A stretch of 64,000 bases of DNA from Candidatus Omnitrophota bacterium (GTDB taxonomy: Bacteria > Omnitrophota > Gorgyraeia > Zapsychrales > Fredricksoniimonadaceae), in assembly GCA_903836515.1 (NCBI GenBank), contig CAILQW010000005.1, forward strand, positions 3,280-67,279, written 5' to 3'. Shown here in pieces: positions 47,843 to 56,529 of this stretch. The notes beneath the pieces are model-generated. The model did no database searches and was not told the DNA's origin. It saw only the letters and a program-made list of their open reading frames with translations. Made by a program: the position numbers and the translations under genes. Position 1 is the stretch's first letter; every line of letters begins with the position of its first letter.

Positions 47843-48555
47843 CGCTGCGGATCCTGGTGATCATTCCTGCGTTCAATGAAGCCGGCGCGATCGAAGGGAC
47901 GGTGCGCGAAGTGCTCGCCCAGAAGGTGCCGGTCACCGCCCTGGTGGTCGATGACGGGTCTTCCGACGCAACATCTGCGCGGGCTGCGGCAGCAGGGGCG
48001 CTTGTCGTCCGCCTGCCGTTTAATCTGGGGATCGGCGGGGCGGTGCAAACCGGTTATCGTTATGCCGCGGCGCACGGGTACGACATCGCCGTCCAGGTTG
48101 ACGGCGACGGGCAGCACGACCCTTCTTATCTGGGGGCGGTCATGGCGCCTGTGGCCGATGGGCGTGTCGACATGGCTGTGGGCAGCCGTTTTATCGATGG
48201 ACACGCGGGGTTCCGTTCGTCTGCCTCCCGGCGGATCGGCATCCGGTTTTTGGGCATCCTTATCCGTCTTCTGACGGGACGGCCCGTCACGGATCCGACA
48301 TCGGGATTTCGTGCCTGCGGCAGGAAGTTCATCGGCGTTTTCGCCGCGTATTACCCGACAGATTATCCTGAACCCGAAGCCATGGTCGTGGTGCACCGCC
48401 TGGGCGGGCGCTTTACGGAAGTGCCGGTCGTCATGCGTCCGCGGCGCAGCGGGGTCAGTTCCATTGCCCTGCTCAAGCCGCTGTATTATATGATCAAGGT
48501 CTCGGGGGCCATCCTGTTGCATACGTTAAAGAACAGAAAGGTGTATGAACCATGA
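47839..48555 (+). CDS. GT2 glycosyltransferase, polyprenyl-phosphate sugar synthase-like (DPM1/GtrB-like)
   Basis: N-terminus VIIPAFNEAGAIEGTV...VVDDGSSDAT...FNLGIGGAVQTGYRYA...VQVDGDGQHDP; 238 aa, the size of DPM1-like enzymes. Confidence 0.85.
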   Translation: MTLRILVIIPAFNEAGAIEGTVREVLAQKVPVTALVVDDGSSDATSARAAAAGALVVRLPFNLGIGGAVQTGYRYAAAHGYDIAVQVDGDGQHDPSYLGAVMAPVADGRVDMAVGSRFIDGHAGFRSSASRRIGIRFLGILIRLLTGRPVTDPTSGFRACGRKFIGVFAAYYPTDYPEPEAMVVVHRLGGRFTEVPVVMRPRRSGVSSIALLKPLYYMIKVSGAILLHTLKNRKVYEP

Positions 48556-48908
48556 CCATCCAATGGCTTGCGATCATCCTGGCATCCACGGTGTTTATGC
48601 TCGTGATCGAGCTTGTCCGCCGTGAAAAACTGACTTTCAAGTACGCTTTTGCCTGGCTTTTTCTGGCGGCCCTGGGGGTTGTTTGTTCCGTTTTCCGGGG
48701 GCTTCTTTTTTTTCTTTCCGATCTTTGCGGGTTTGCGCTGGCCAGTAATTTTATTTTCTTTGCCATTCTGTGCGGGTTTGTTTTCCTGAGTCTTCTGATG
48801 ACCGTTTTCCTTTGCCAGCAGAACAGGCGCAATGACCGCATGGTGCAGGCCCTCGGGCTGCTTGAGCTTGAGGTCAGGGGGTTGAAGGAGCGTGTCGATG
48901 GCCGATGA
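48552..48908 (+). CDS. DUF2304-like small membrane protein
   Basis: 118 aa with 3-4 TM helices. Translationally coupled between two GT2 genes, a frequent context for DUF2304. Confidence 0.6.
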   Translation: MTIQWLAIILASTVFMLVIELVRREKLTFKYAFAWLFLAALGVVCSVFRGLLFFLSDLCGFALASNFIFFAILCGFVFLSLLMTVFLCQQNRRNDRMVQALGLLELEVRGLKERVDGR

Positions 48909-49887
48909 CCCGCTGGTGAGCGTGATCATCCCCGCGTACAATGCGCAGGCAACCGTGGCGGCTGCCATCGAGGCCGTTACGGCCCAGCGGTGTACCGGCG
49001 GCGTGGAGCTGGTTGTGGTGGATGATGGGTCCACCGACGCAACCGGAGATATTGTCCGGCGTTATCCCGGCGTTCGCTATATTCGCCAGGATAATGCCGG
49101 TCCGGCGAGTGCGCGTAACCGCGGGGCCGGGGAGGCGCGCGGGGCATTTCTTTTTTTTACGGATGCCGATTGTCGTCCCCAGCCTGGATGGGTGGCGCGG
49201 ATGATGCAAGGGTTTGGCTGTGATGATGTTGCCGCCGTATCGGGAAGCTACGGCATCGTTAACCCCGGTTCCTGGCTGGCACGGATCATCCATGCGGAAA
49301 TCCGTTACCGCCATACCAGGCTCATGCCCCGCCATCCGTTTTTTTTCGGCAGTTACAATGTGGCTGTCAGGCACGATGTCTTTAGGCGCGCAGGCGGATT
49401 TAATGCCGTCTATCGCCGGGCGAGCGGGGAAGATAATGATCTCAGCTACAGGATCGTAGCGGCAGGCGGGCGGATTCTTTTTATGGCCGACGCTTGCGTG
49501 GATCATTATCATCAGGAATCTTTGGGGCGTTATCTTCGGGAGCAGTTCCGCCACGGGTTCTGGCGTGTGAAAATGTACCTGGACCATCCGCAGATGATGG
49601 CGGGGGATGGGTATACCTTCTGGAAAGATATTGTGGAAGTTCCCTGCGTCCTGGGGCACGGGCTGTTGTGGTGGGGCTGGCCCTGGCCCTGGCCCTGGCC
49701 GTTACCGGCGGCGGGATTGTTCTTTCTGTTTGAAGTATTCTTCGGTTCGATGCTGATGCGGTCTTTCGGGCCGGGGGCGGCGGCCGGGGGCGTGATGTGG
49801 CTGCGGGCCTTTGCGCGCACCGCGGGGTTTATTGCCGGCGGGGTTTTCTTTCTTAAAAAGATATTTTTAATGCCCAAGAAAATTTAA
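48892..49887 (+). CDS. GT2 glycosyltransferase with C-terminal membrane segment
   Basis: VSVIIPAYNAQATV...VVDDGSTDAT...FTDADC, with a C-terminal hydrophobic region. Contains a (TGGCCC)n microsatellite encoding WPWPWPWP. Confidence 0.8.
   Translation: MSMADDPLVSVIIPAYNAQATVAAAIEAVTAQRCTGGVELVVVDDGSTDATGDIVRRYPGVRYIRQDNAGPASARNRGAGEARGAFLFFTDADCRPQPGWVARMMQGFGCDDVAAVSGSYGIVNPGSWLARIIHAEIRYRHTRLMPRHPFFFGSYNVAVRHDVFRRAGGFNAVYRRASGEDNDLSYRIVAAGGRILFMADACVDHYHQESLGRYLREQFRHGFWRVKMYLDHPQMMAGDGYTFWKDIVEVPCVLGHGLLWWGWPWPWPWPLPAAGLFFLFEVFFGSMLMRSFGPGAAAGGVMWLRAFARTAGFIAGGVFFLKKIFLMPKKI
49688..49711 (+). repeat. Hexanucleotide microsatellite (TGGCCC) x3 plus TGGCCG inside the GT2 gene
   Basis: Read directly: tggccctggccctggccctggccg encodes W-P-W-P-W-P-W-P. 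Confidence 0.6.
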
Positions 49888-49985
49888 AAAAAACTTGCGG
49901 GGCATTGGCGCTATGTTAATATGAAACTGTTTCAGGATCAACAGGCAACGATTTCAAAAACAGGGAAAATTTTCTAATACCGACG

Positions 49986-50609
49986 ATGGCTAAGAAAGAA
50001 ACTGCAGAAGAAAAGCTGCTGAAAATCATCGAGGCCACCCAAAAGGCCAAAGAGGCCCCTGCATCGGCGACAGCCGCGGCCCCGGCTTCGGTCCCGGTTA
50101 AAAGAGCAGCCTCCCCTAAAATCATCATTTCATTCCGCCAGGTCAACACGGTTCTTGCCGTTGCCGCCCTGGCGGCGTTTATTTTTCTCGTGCATGAGGT
50201 CCAGCTCGGGCTGTCCCGTCTCAACGAAGATGTGAGCCTTTCCGTCGATCTTCCTGCGGTGAAAGACGCGGGAGGCCCTGCGGTGCCCCAGCTGAAAACG
50301 GCCGGCTGGTATCTCGACAAGGTCGCGGCACGCAATATTTTTCAACCTTACGAAAAAAGTTCTGCCGGCGGGCAGGGTGTCCCTTCGGATCGCGCCGCCC
50401 TGCAGACCAAGATAGGCAAGTATAAATTCGTCGGCGTGGCCTGGCTTGACGTCCCGGAATCGGCGACGGTGATGCTGGAGAATATTGCCACGAAAGAAAC
50501 CCGTTTCCTGAAAGAGGGCGACAAGATCGAGGATGTAACGGTCAAGACCATTTACACAGACAGGGCGGTCTTCAGTTACGCAAACGAGGAGATAACGATC
50601 AAGTTATGA
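49986..50609 (+). CDS. PilP/GspC-like secretin-associated inner-membrane protein (tentative)
   Basis: N-terminal charged region, one TM (VLAVAALAAFIFLV) and a C-terminal beta-sandwich-like segment (KYKFVGVAWLD...VMLENIATKETRFLKEGDKIEDVTVKTI...AVF) resembling PilP. Its ATGA stop/start overlaps the secretin gene. Confidence 0.5.
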   Translation: MAKKETAEEKLLKIIEATQKAKEAPASATAAAPASVPVKRAASPKIIISFRQVNTVLAVAALAAFIFLVHEVQLGLSRLNEDVSLSVDLPAVKDAGGPAVPQLKTAGWYLDKVAARNIFQPYEKSSAGGQGVPSDRAALQTKIGKYKFVGVAWLDVPESATVMLENIATKETRFLKEGDKIEDVTVKTIYTDRAVFSYANEEITIKL

Positions 50610-52204
50610 CAAACCACACACTTTCCCCCCGGAAGATCGTCCTGACACTGTTCGCGGGTATGGCGGCGGTGCTCGCCATCGCGGGATTTCGTCCCGCGGC
50701 CGCCGAAGAAGCGCAGACGCCCAGGCCGCTGATCATTTCCCAGCCGAAAGAATCTATCGACGAGCGCATGGCCCGCAAGATCGCCCTGGATGTCCGCGAC
50801 ATGAACATTGTGGATGTCCTCAAGTTTCTCGCCACGAAAGGCGAATTTAACGTGGTCATCAGCCCGTCGGTCGACGGACGCACGACAGTCCTCCTGGACA
50901 ATGTGGCCATCAAGGATGCCCTTGACATTGTGGTGATTTCCAGCCGCCTGGCGTACAGCATCCAGAACAATATTGTGCAGGTCATGACCGCCGCGGAGTA
51001 CGAGGGCATGTTCGGCAAGCAGTTCAGCGACAAGACCGTTGTGGCCACGTTCCGCCTGCAGTACGCCAAGCCGAGCTATGTCCTGGCGGCGCTCGACAAT
51101 ATGAAAAGCAATGTCGGGAAGATCATTATAGATGAAGATACCGGCGCGGTGGTCTTGATCGACACGCCTGATTCCATCGCCAAGATGAAAAAAGTGCTGG
51201 CCGACATTGAACAGCCGCTGGAAACGATCGTGTACAACCTGCAGTACGCCAAGGCGGATGTGGTCGCCGACAAGCTGCGCGCCAGGATCGACGCCAAGTC
51301 CGTGGGGTCGATCACGGCGGACGAGCGGTCGAACCAGCTGGTTGTCCGTGTGTTCCCCGGCCGCAAGGACGAGGTGGAGAAGATCGTCCGGCACCTGGAT
51401 GAGCCGACAAAAGAAGTGTTGATCGAGGCGCGGATCCTTCAGGTTATCTTCAAGCCCAGCTATGACGCAGGCATCGACTGGAATATCGCCTCCAGCGACA
51501 AGGCCAACCCCAACCTGCAGTTCAAGAATATTTACATGAATTCAAGCGGCATGAGCGCGACAGACAATCTTTCCACTACGTTCGGCCAGATTGCGGTGGG
51601 CAATATTAACGCGGACCGTTTCGCTCTTAATATCCGCGCGATGAAGCAGGTCAGCGATACCAAGCTTCTTTCGAATCCCAAGATCATGGCGGTTAACAAC
51701 GAGGAGTCCCGTATCCATATCGGCGATACGGTGCCCTATATCATTTCGACCGTGTCCGGCACCGGGGATAATGCTATCACCAGTGAAGATGTCCGTTTCA
51801 TCGATGTCGGCCTCAAGCTGAATGTGACCCCCACCATCAACGATGACGGGATGATCACCCTGAAACTCCGCCCCGAGATATCTTCTGTTGTTGGCAAACT
51901 TCAGTCGAAAAACAGCGGCGGTATCCCGCAAGTCAACAAGACAGAGGTGGAGACAACCCTTGTTGTCGAGGATGGCACGACCATCATCATGGCCGGCTTG
52001 CGTAAAGACGACAAGATCCACACCAAGACAGGTTTGCCCGTTCTCATGGACCTTCCTTACGTGAGCAAATTATTCAGCCGCGATTCCGACAGCATATCTT
52101 CGTCGGAGATCGTCATCTTCATTACACCGCATATTTTGACCGGCAAGGAAAATTACAAGGCGCCCGACGGGACCATCAAGCCGTCGAAGGCCTATAACAA
52201 GTGA
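50606..52204 (+). CDS. Secretin (GspD/PilQ family outer-membrane channel)
   Basis: Signal peptide, N-domains, and a C-terminal secretin domain (LLSNPKIMAVNNEESRIHIGDTVPY...FIDVGLKLNVTPTINDDGMITLKLRPEISSV...VLMDLPYVSKLFSRDSDSISSSEIVIFITPHIL). Confidence 0.85.
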   Translation: MTNHTLSPRKIVLTLFAGMAAVLAIAGFRPAAAEEAQTPRPLIISQPKESIDERMARKIALDVRDMNIVDVLKFLATKGEFNVVISPSVDGRTTVLLDNVAIKDALDIVVISSRLAYSIQNNIVQVMTAAEYEGMFGKQFSDKTVVATFRLQYAKPSYVLAALDNMKSNVGKIIIDEDTGAVVLIDTPDSIAKMKKVLADIEQPLETIVYNLQYAKADVVADKLRARIDAKSVGSITADERSNQLVVRVFPGRKDEVEKIVRHLDEPTKEVLIEARILQVIFKPSYDAGIDWNIASSDKANPNLQFKNIYMNSSGMSATDNLSTTFGQIAVGNINADRFALNIRAMKQVSDTKLLSNPKIMAVNNEESRIHIGDTVPYIISTVSGTGDNAITSEDVRFIDVGLKLNVTPTINDDGMITLKLRPEISSVVGKLQSKNSGGIPQVNKTEVETTLVVEDGTTIIMAGLRKDDKIHTKTGLPVLMDLPYVSKLFSRDSDSISSSEIVIFITPHILTGKENYKAPDGTIKPSKAYNK

Positions 52205-52232
52205 CCGTTAAATTCTTCGGGAGAGGTTCTCT

Positions 52233-53069
52233 ATGAGGCCAGCAAATTCTTGGAAGTTACCGACCATCTTCGCCGCGGCCGCGGGAGTGTTTTTGTTCTC
52301 GGCCCCTCTTGCTGTTGTTGCCGCTGGAGCCGAGGCCGGGGTCCAGAACGCCCAGGTGGATCCTGAATCCCTGAAGAAGGAGATCGAGCGCCTGAAGAAT
52401 GAAAAAGATTACGAGTCCAAACGGGTCGAGGAAATGCGCAGCGAGCGTGAAGAATTTGTCAAGGAGATCCGCCGTGCCGAGAGCCAGAATACCAAACAGA
52501 CCAAGGAGATCGATGGTCTGAAAACCGCCCTTTCCCAGCAGCAGGAATCGTTTGAGGCCCGGATGAAGAAATTCGAGACCGACCTTAAGGATTCCCAGGA
52601 TCTCGGGCAGAGGAAGGCTTCAGTGCAGCCGGCGCCCGGCAGTCGGCCGCCCAGTGCATCTTTTGCCGTTGAAAAGGCAGCCGGAGAGGTCCTGCAGAAG
52701 GGCGGCGACCTTGATCCCGAGGATGAAAAGTTCAAGGAAGAACTGGCCCGTGCCCATTACAACATGGGTAATGTCTATTACGAAAGAGGCGAGTATCAGC
52801 GTGCTGCTGTCGAATACTACCAGGCCGTGGACCTCATGCCGTATGATGCCGATGCGCATTACAACCTGGCGTATGTCAGCGGGGAATTCATCGGCGACCA
52901 GGATGCGGCGCTGAAGCATTATCAGTGGTACCTTTATTTGAAACCCCTGGCCGAAGACCGTAAACTTGTGGAGGAAAAGATCGTCAGCGCGAAACTGACT
53001 GTCCGAAGCCGTGTTGATTCCAGCCTGGACAAGCCTGAGCTTTCCGGCCATCAAAACGTGGCCAGATAA
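52233..53069 (+). CDS. Secreted coiled-coil plus TPR repeat protein (possible pilotin/secretin accessory)
   Basis: Signal peptide, an E/K-rich coiled coil, then TPR-like helices (ARAHYNMGNVYYERGEYQRAAVEYYQAVDLMPYDADAHYNLAYVS). Confidence 0.65.
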   Translation: MRPANSWKLPTIFAAAAGVFLFSAPLAVVAAGAEAGVQNAQVDPESLKKEIERLKNEKDYESKRVEEMRSEREEFVKEIRRAESQNTKQTKEIDGLKTALSQQQESFEARMKKFETDLKDSQDLGQRKASVQPAPGSRPPSASFAVEKAAGEVLQKGGDLDPEDEKFKEELARAHYNMGNVYYERGEYQRAAVEYYQAVDLMPYDADAHYNLAYVSGEFIGDQDAALKHYQWYLYLKPLAEDRKLVEEKIVSAKLTVRSRVDSSLDKPELSGHQNVAR

Positions 53070-53137
53070 AAGATCCTGATCTTTGTCGGAGCAAGCCTTT
53101 CCTTCTTGAGGAAAGGCGGGTGCACTAAAGGAGTGGT

Positions 53138-54718
53138 ATGAATATCAGAACGTCGGCGATCTTCGGGCTTGCGATTATTGTTGGTATTTTTTCACTTCCC
53201 GCCATTTCCCAGGCTAACGATCTTAAAGTATCCAATGTTCGCCTCGGTCCGCGTGATGCGAACGCAAAAACACTCGCGGTATTTTTCGATCTTTCCTGGC
53301 AGAATTCCTGGCGTAACAAGATCAATCATGATGCTGTCTGGGTGACGGTCCGCCTGCAGGATGCCCAGGCAGGTTCTTCCGAAAAGAAGCTGTGCCGCCT
53401 GTCGGTGAGCGGTCTTAACCCGTCCGGCACTTCTGCCGGTTCCAACAGTGACCTGGCCATCCAGGTACCCGCGGACAAAGCCGGGGCTTTTATCCGCCGT
53501 GTGGCCAATCATGCCACAGCTCCGGTCACAACAACCAGTGCCATGGTAACGGTTAATTACGACGCCTGTGGCCTGAGCGCGGCCAGCGAAGTGTCGGCCA
53601 CGCTGGTTGCCCTTGAAATGGTTTATGTTCCGCGCGGCGCATTTTATGCCGGCGATTATGCGGCGTCTCCCGCCGCGTTTCAGCGGGGCGGGGCGGACAA
53701 TAATCCCTGGCCCATCGCCAGCGAGTCCGCCATCAATGTCAGCGCGGCCTCGGCCAACGGATACTACTATGTTTCTGCCGGGAATGCCGGGGAGATGCCT
53801 TCGGCTGCCGCCTTTACGATCCCTGCCGCCTTCCCCAAGGGGTTTGATGCTTTTTATATGATGAAGTACGAGATCACGGAGGGCCAGTGGGTCGAGTTTG
53901 TCAACTCCCTGTCCTTTCCCGCACGTTCCCGGCGGGATGTGACCAATGCTTCCCACAAGAATTCCGATACGGTCATAGCGCGCGATGCCGTGGCATGCGC
54001 GGGATCGCCGCTTGTGTGCACCACCGACAGGCCTTACCGCGCCATGACCTTCCTGTCATGGCCGGACGTGTGTGCGTTCCTTGACTGGGCCGGGTTGCGC
54101 CCGATGACCGAGCTCGAGTTTGAAAAAGCGGCCCGCGGGCCCTTTCTTCCTGTCAACGGCGAATATGCCTGGGGGACGGCGGATATTCAGCCCGTGTCGG
54201 CTTTGTCCAGCGGGGCTGAAGAAGGCGGCGAACTGTCGGCAACGCCGGGCGCCAACGCGCGTTTCGACGGGATACTGCTTTCCGGGGGAGATGCTGCCGG
54301 CGGTTCTTCCTGTCAGGGCGGGCCGCTGAGAGTCGGTATTTTTGCCACGGATGCCTCGAACCGCATATCTTCCGGTGCCGGTAATTACGGGGCCATGGAA
54401 CTTTCTGGAAATGTCAAGGAGTGGACCGTATCCGTGGGCCATTCTGCCGCGCTGGCCTATACCGGGGTTAATGGTGATGGTGCTTTGACCACAACCACGG
54501 GTTTTGAAGGCAATGCGGATACGGCGTTGTGGCCCGGGATGGATGTGGATGCCAGCCATGGCGTGATACATGCCGCCGGAGCCGGGTTTCGCGGCGGCTC
54601 ATGGGCCGATCCGTCCGCCCGTTTGGCGATTTCGGATCGTACGGAAGCGGCGTCCTCCGCTACTGATGCCGCGGCGACCTATGGCGGTCGCGGTGTCCGT
54701 TCGGCGGAAGGCCAGTAA
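53138..54718 (+). CDS. Secreted FGE-sulfatase (SUMF1/formylglycine-generating enzyme) domain protein, paralog 1
   Basis: Signal peptide, a unique N-terminal domain of about 180 aa, then FGE-domain motifs (LEMVYVPRGAFYAGD; YMMKYEITEGQWVEFV; TFLSWPDVCAFLDWAGLRPMTELEFEKAARG; FRGGSWAD). Confidence 0.8.
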   Translation: MNIRTSAIFGLAIIVGIFSLPAISQANDLKVSNVRLGPRDANAKTLAVFFDLSWQNSWRNKINHDAVWVTVRLQDAQAGSSEKKLCRLSVSGLNPSGTSAGSNSDLAIQVPADKAGAFIRRVANHATAPVTTTSAMVTVNYDACGLSAASEVSATLVALEMVYVPRGAFYAGDYAASPAAFQRGGADNNPWPIASESAINVSAASANGYYYVSAGNAGEMPSAAAFTIPAAFPKGFDAFYMMKYEITEGQWVEFVNSLSFPARSRRDVTNASHKNSDTVIARDAVACAGSPLVCTTDRPYRAMTFLSWPDVCAFLDWAGLRPMTELEFEKAARGPFLPVNGEYAWGTADIQPVSALSSGAEEGGELSATPGANARFDGILLSGGDAAGGSSCQGGPLRVGIFATDASNRISSGAGNYGAMELSGNVKEWTVSVGHSAALAYTGVNGDGALTTTTGFEGNADTALWPGMDVDASHGVIHAAGAGFRGGSWADPSARLAISDRTEAASSATDAAATYGGRGVRSAEGQ

Positions 54719-54750
54719 CACTTTTTCAACCTTTAACCCCGAACAGACCT

Positions 54751-56379
54751 ATGCTAAAAAAAATCATTTTTTCGACCGTTGCCTGCGCATTGATTTCTTT
54801 TCCCGCTTTCGCCAACAACCTCCAGCTCAATCATTTTGATCTCTACGCTTCGGAGGCCTCCGCGCACCGGATGACCTTTACGCTGGATATCCGTCAGGAC
54901 AACAGCTGGCGCAGCGCGGCGTCCCATGATGCGGTGTGGATTTTTATGAAGTACTCCACGGATGCGGGACAGACATGGCATCACGCCAGCATGGGTGGCA
55001 TCGGCCTTAACCCGTCGGGGTTTGCAAGCCCCCAGGGATTCGAGATCCTTGTTCCCGCCGACATGAAAGGGTTCTTTTTTCGCCGGGCCGATATTCTGAC
55101 GGGGGCCCTGGATGCCAAGGCGGTTCATTTTGTGTGGAACTACGCGCAGGACGGTATTTCCGACGATACAGCCAATGCGGCCAATACCCTGACAAAGGTT
55201 TTTGGGCTCGAGATGGTTTATATCCCTGAAGGGGCTTTCTTTGCCGGTGACGGGGCGAGCGCGTCCCCCTTCCGTTTCAAGCAGGGGAGTGCGGATGACA
55301 GCCCGTGGTATATTTCCAGCGAGAATGCGATCACGACGACCAATACCGCTTCGGCTGGATTTTATTATCAGTCGACCGGGGCGTCCGGCGAGAATCTGTC
55401 GGGGGACGTGTTTTTGGTGCCCAACTCTTTTCCCAAGGGATATAAGGCTTTTTACCTGATGAAGTATGAGCTGACCGAGGGGGAGTGGACTGAATTTTTC
55501 AATGCCCTTTCTGCGGCAGCCAAAGCGACCCGCGATATCACAGCCTCCCTCAATGGCGGCAAGAATTCAACCGGTGTGGTTGACCGCAATACGGTGGCCT
55601 GGGATCCCGTTTATCCGTCACGCCCTGCGGTCACGATGCGTCCTTCCCGCGCGATGAGCTATATTTCCTGGCCTGATGCGGCGGCGTATGCGGATTGGGC
55701 CGGCCTGCGCCCCATGACGGAACTTGAGTTTGAAAAGGCGGCGCGGGGGGTGGATGTCAATTCCGTTACAGACGAATTTGCTTGGGGGAGTGCCAGTTAC
55801 AGCGCTGCCACCGCTGACCAGATATTTCCCGCCAATCAGGATGAGAATGGCACCGAAGCGGTTTTGAATGGAGCGGCCAATCTTAACCGGAATGCCCTGG
55901 GATGGACTTCCGGTGACGGGCGTCCCGGCGGGGCGGCGGAAGGTCAGAAGGGTCCTTTGCGTGCCGGAATTTTTGCGGAAAATTCGACAGCCCGCGTGAC
56001 CAGCGGCGGCGGATATTACGGCGCCATGGAACTTTCGGGAAATCTCGCCGAGCCGGCCGTCACGGTGGGCCGCGCGGAAGGCCGCCAGTTTTTAGGCTCC
56101 CACGGGGATGGCGAACTTTCAACGATATCAGGACATGAGGGGAATGCTACCAATGTGGATTGGCCCGGCATTGACGTTTCCGATGCGCGGCGCGGGGTGG
56201 ACAGGACGCTGGGGATCGGGTATCGCGGCGGCGATTTCCAGTCTGCCAGCATCCGCGATTTTCAGGTATCCGCGCGCAGTTTTGCCGCGAAAGATCCTGA
56301 CAGCGCGGGGTTTAAACAGCGCCACGATGCATCTTCCGGCATTTATTATGGCGCGCGCCTGGCCCGCACGGCCCCGTGA
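54751..56379 (+). CDS. Secreted FGE-sulfatase domain protein, paralog 2 (tandem duplicate)
   Basis: Same architecture as paralog 1 and about 45-50% identical by eye (LEMVYIPEGAFFAGD; YLMKYELTEGEWTEFF; SYISWPDAAAYADWAGLRPMTELEFEKAARG; YRGGDF). Confidence 0.8.
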   Translation: MLKKIIFSTVACALISFPAFANNLQLNHFDLYASEASAHRMTFTLDIRQDNSWRSAASHDAVWIFMKYSTDAGQTWHHASMGGIGLNPSGFASPQGFEILVPADMKGFFFRRADILTGALDAKAVHFVWNYAQDGISDDTANAANTLTKVFGLEMVYIPEGAFFAGDGASASPFRFKQGSADDSPWYISSENAITTTNTASAGFYYQSTGASGENLSGDVFLVPNSFPKGYKAFYLMKYELTEGEWTEFFNALSAAAKATRDITASLNGGKNSTGVVDRNTVAWDPVYPSRPAVTMRPSRAMSYISWPDAAAYADWAGLRPMTELEFEKAARGVDVNSVTDEFAWGSASYSAATADQIFPANQDENGTEAVLNGAANLNRNALGWTSGDGRPGGAAEGQKGPLRAGIFAENSTARVTSGGGYYGAMELSGNLAEPAVTVGRAEGRQFLGSHGDGELSTISGHEGNATNVDWPGIDVSDARRGVDRTLGIGYRGGDFQSASIRDFQVSARSFAAKDPDSAGFKQRHDASSGIYYGARLARTAP

Positions 56380-56529
56380 CTATTTTTATCCGACGGAGAT
56401 CTGCTTTTTCCGGTCGTTTTTCTTCAGCCTGGAATCATGGGAAAAAATTCTTAGAATTTCATTGAAGTCCAGTGCGATAATTCAGATAATGTACTCATCG
56501 ATGCCACCGTTTCATAACGATTCCTGGTA

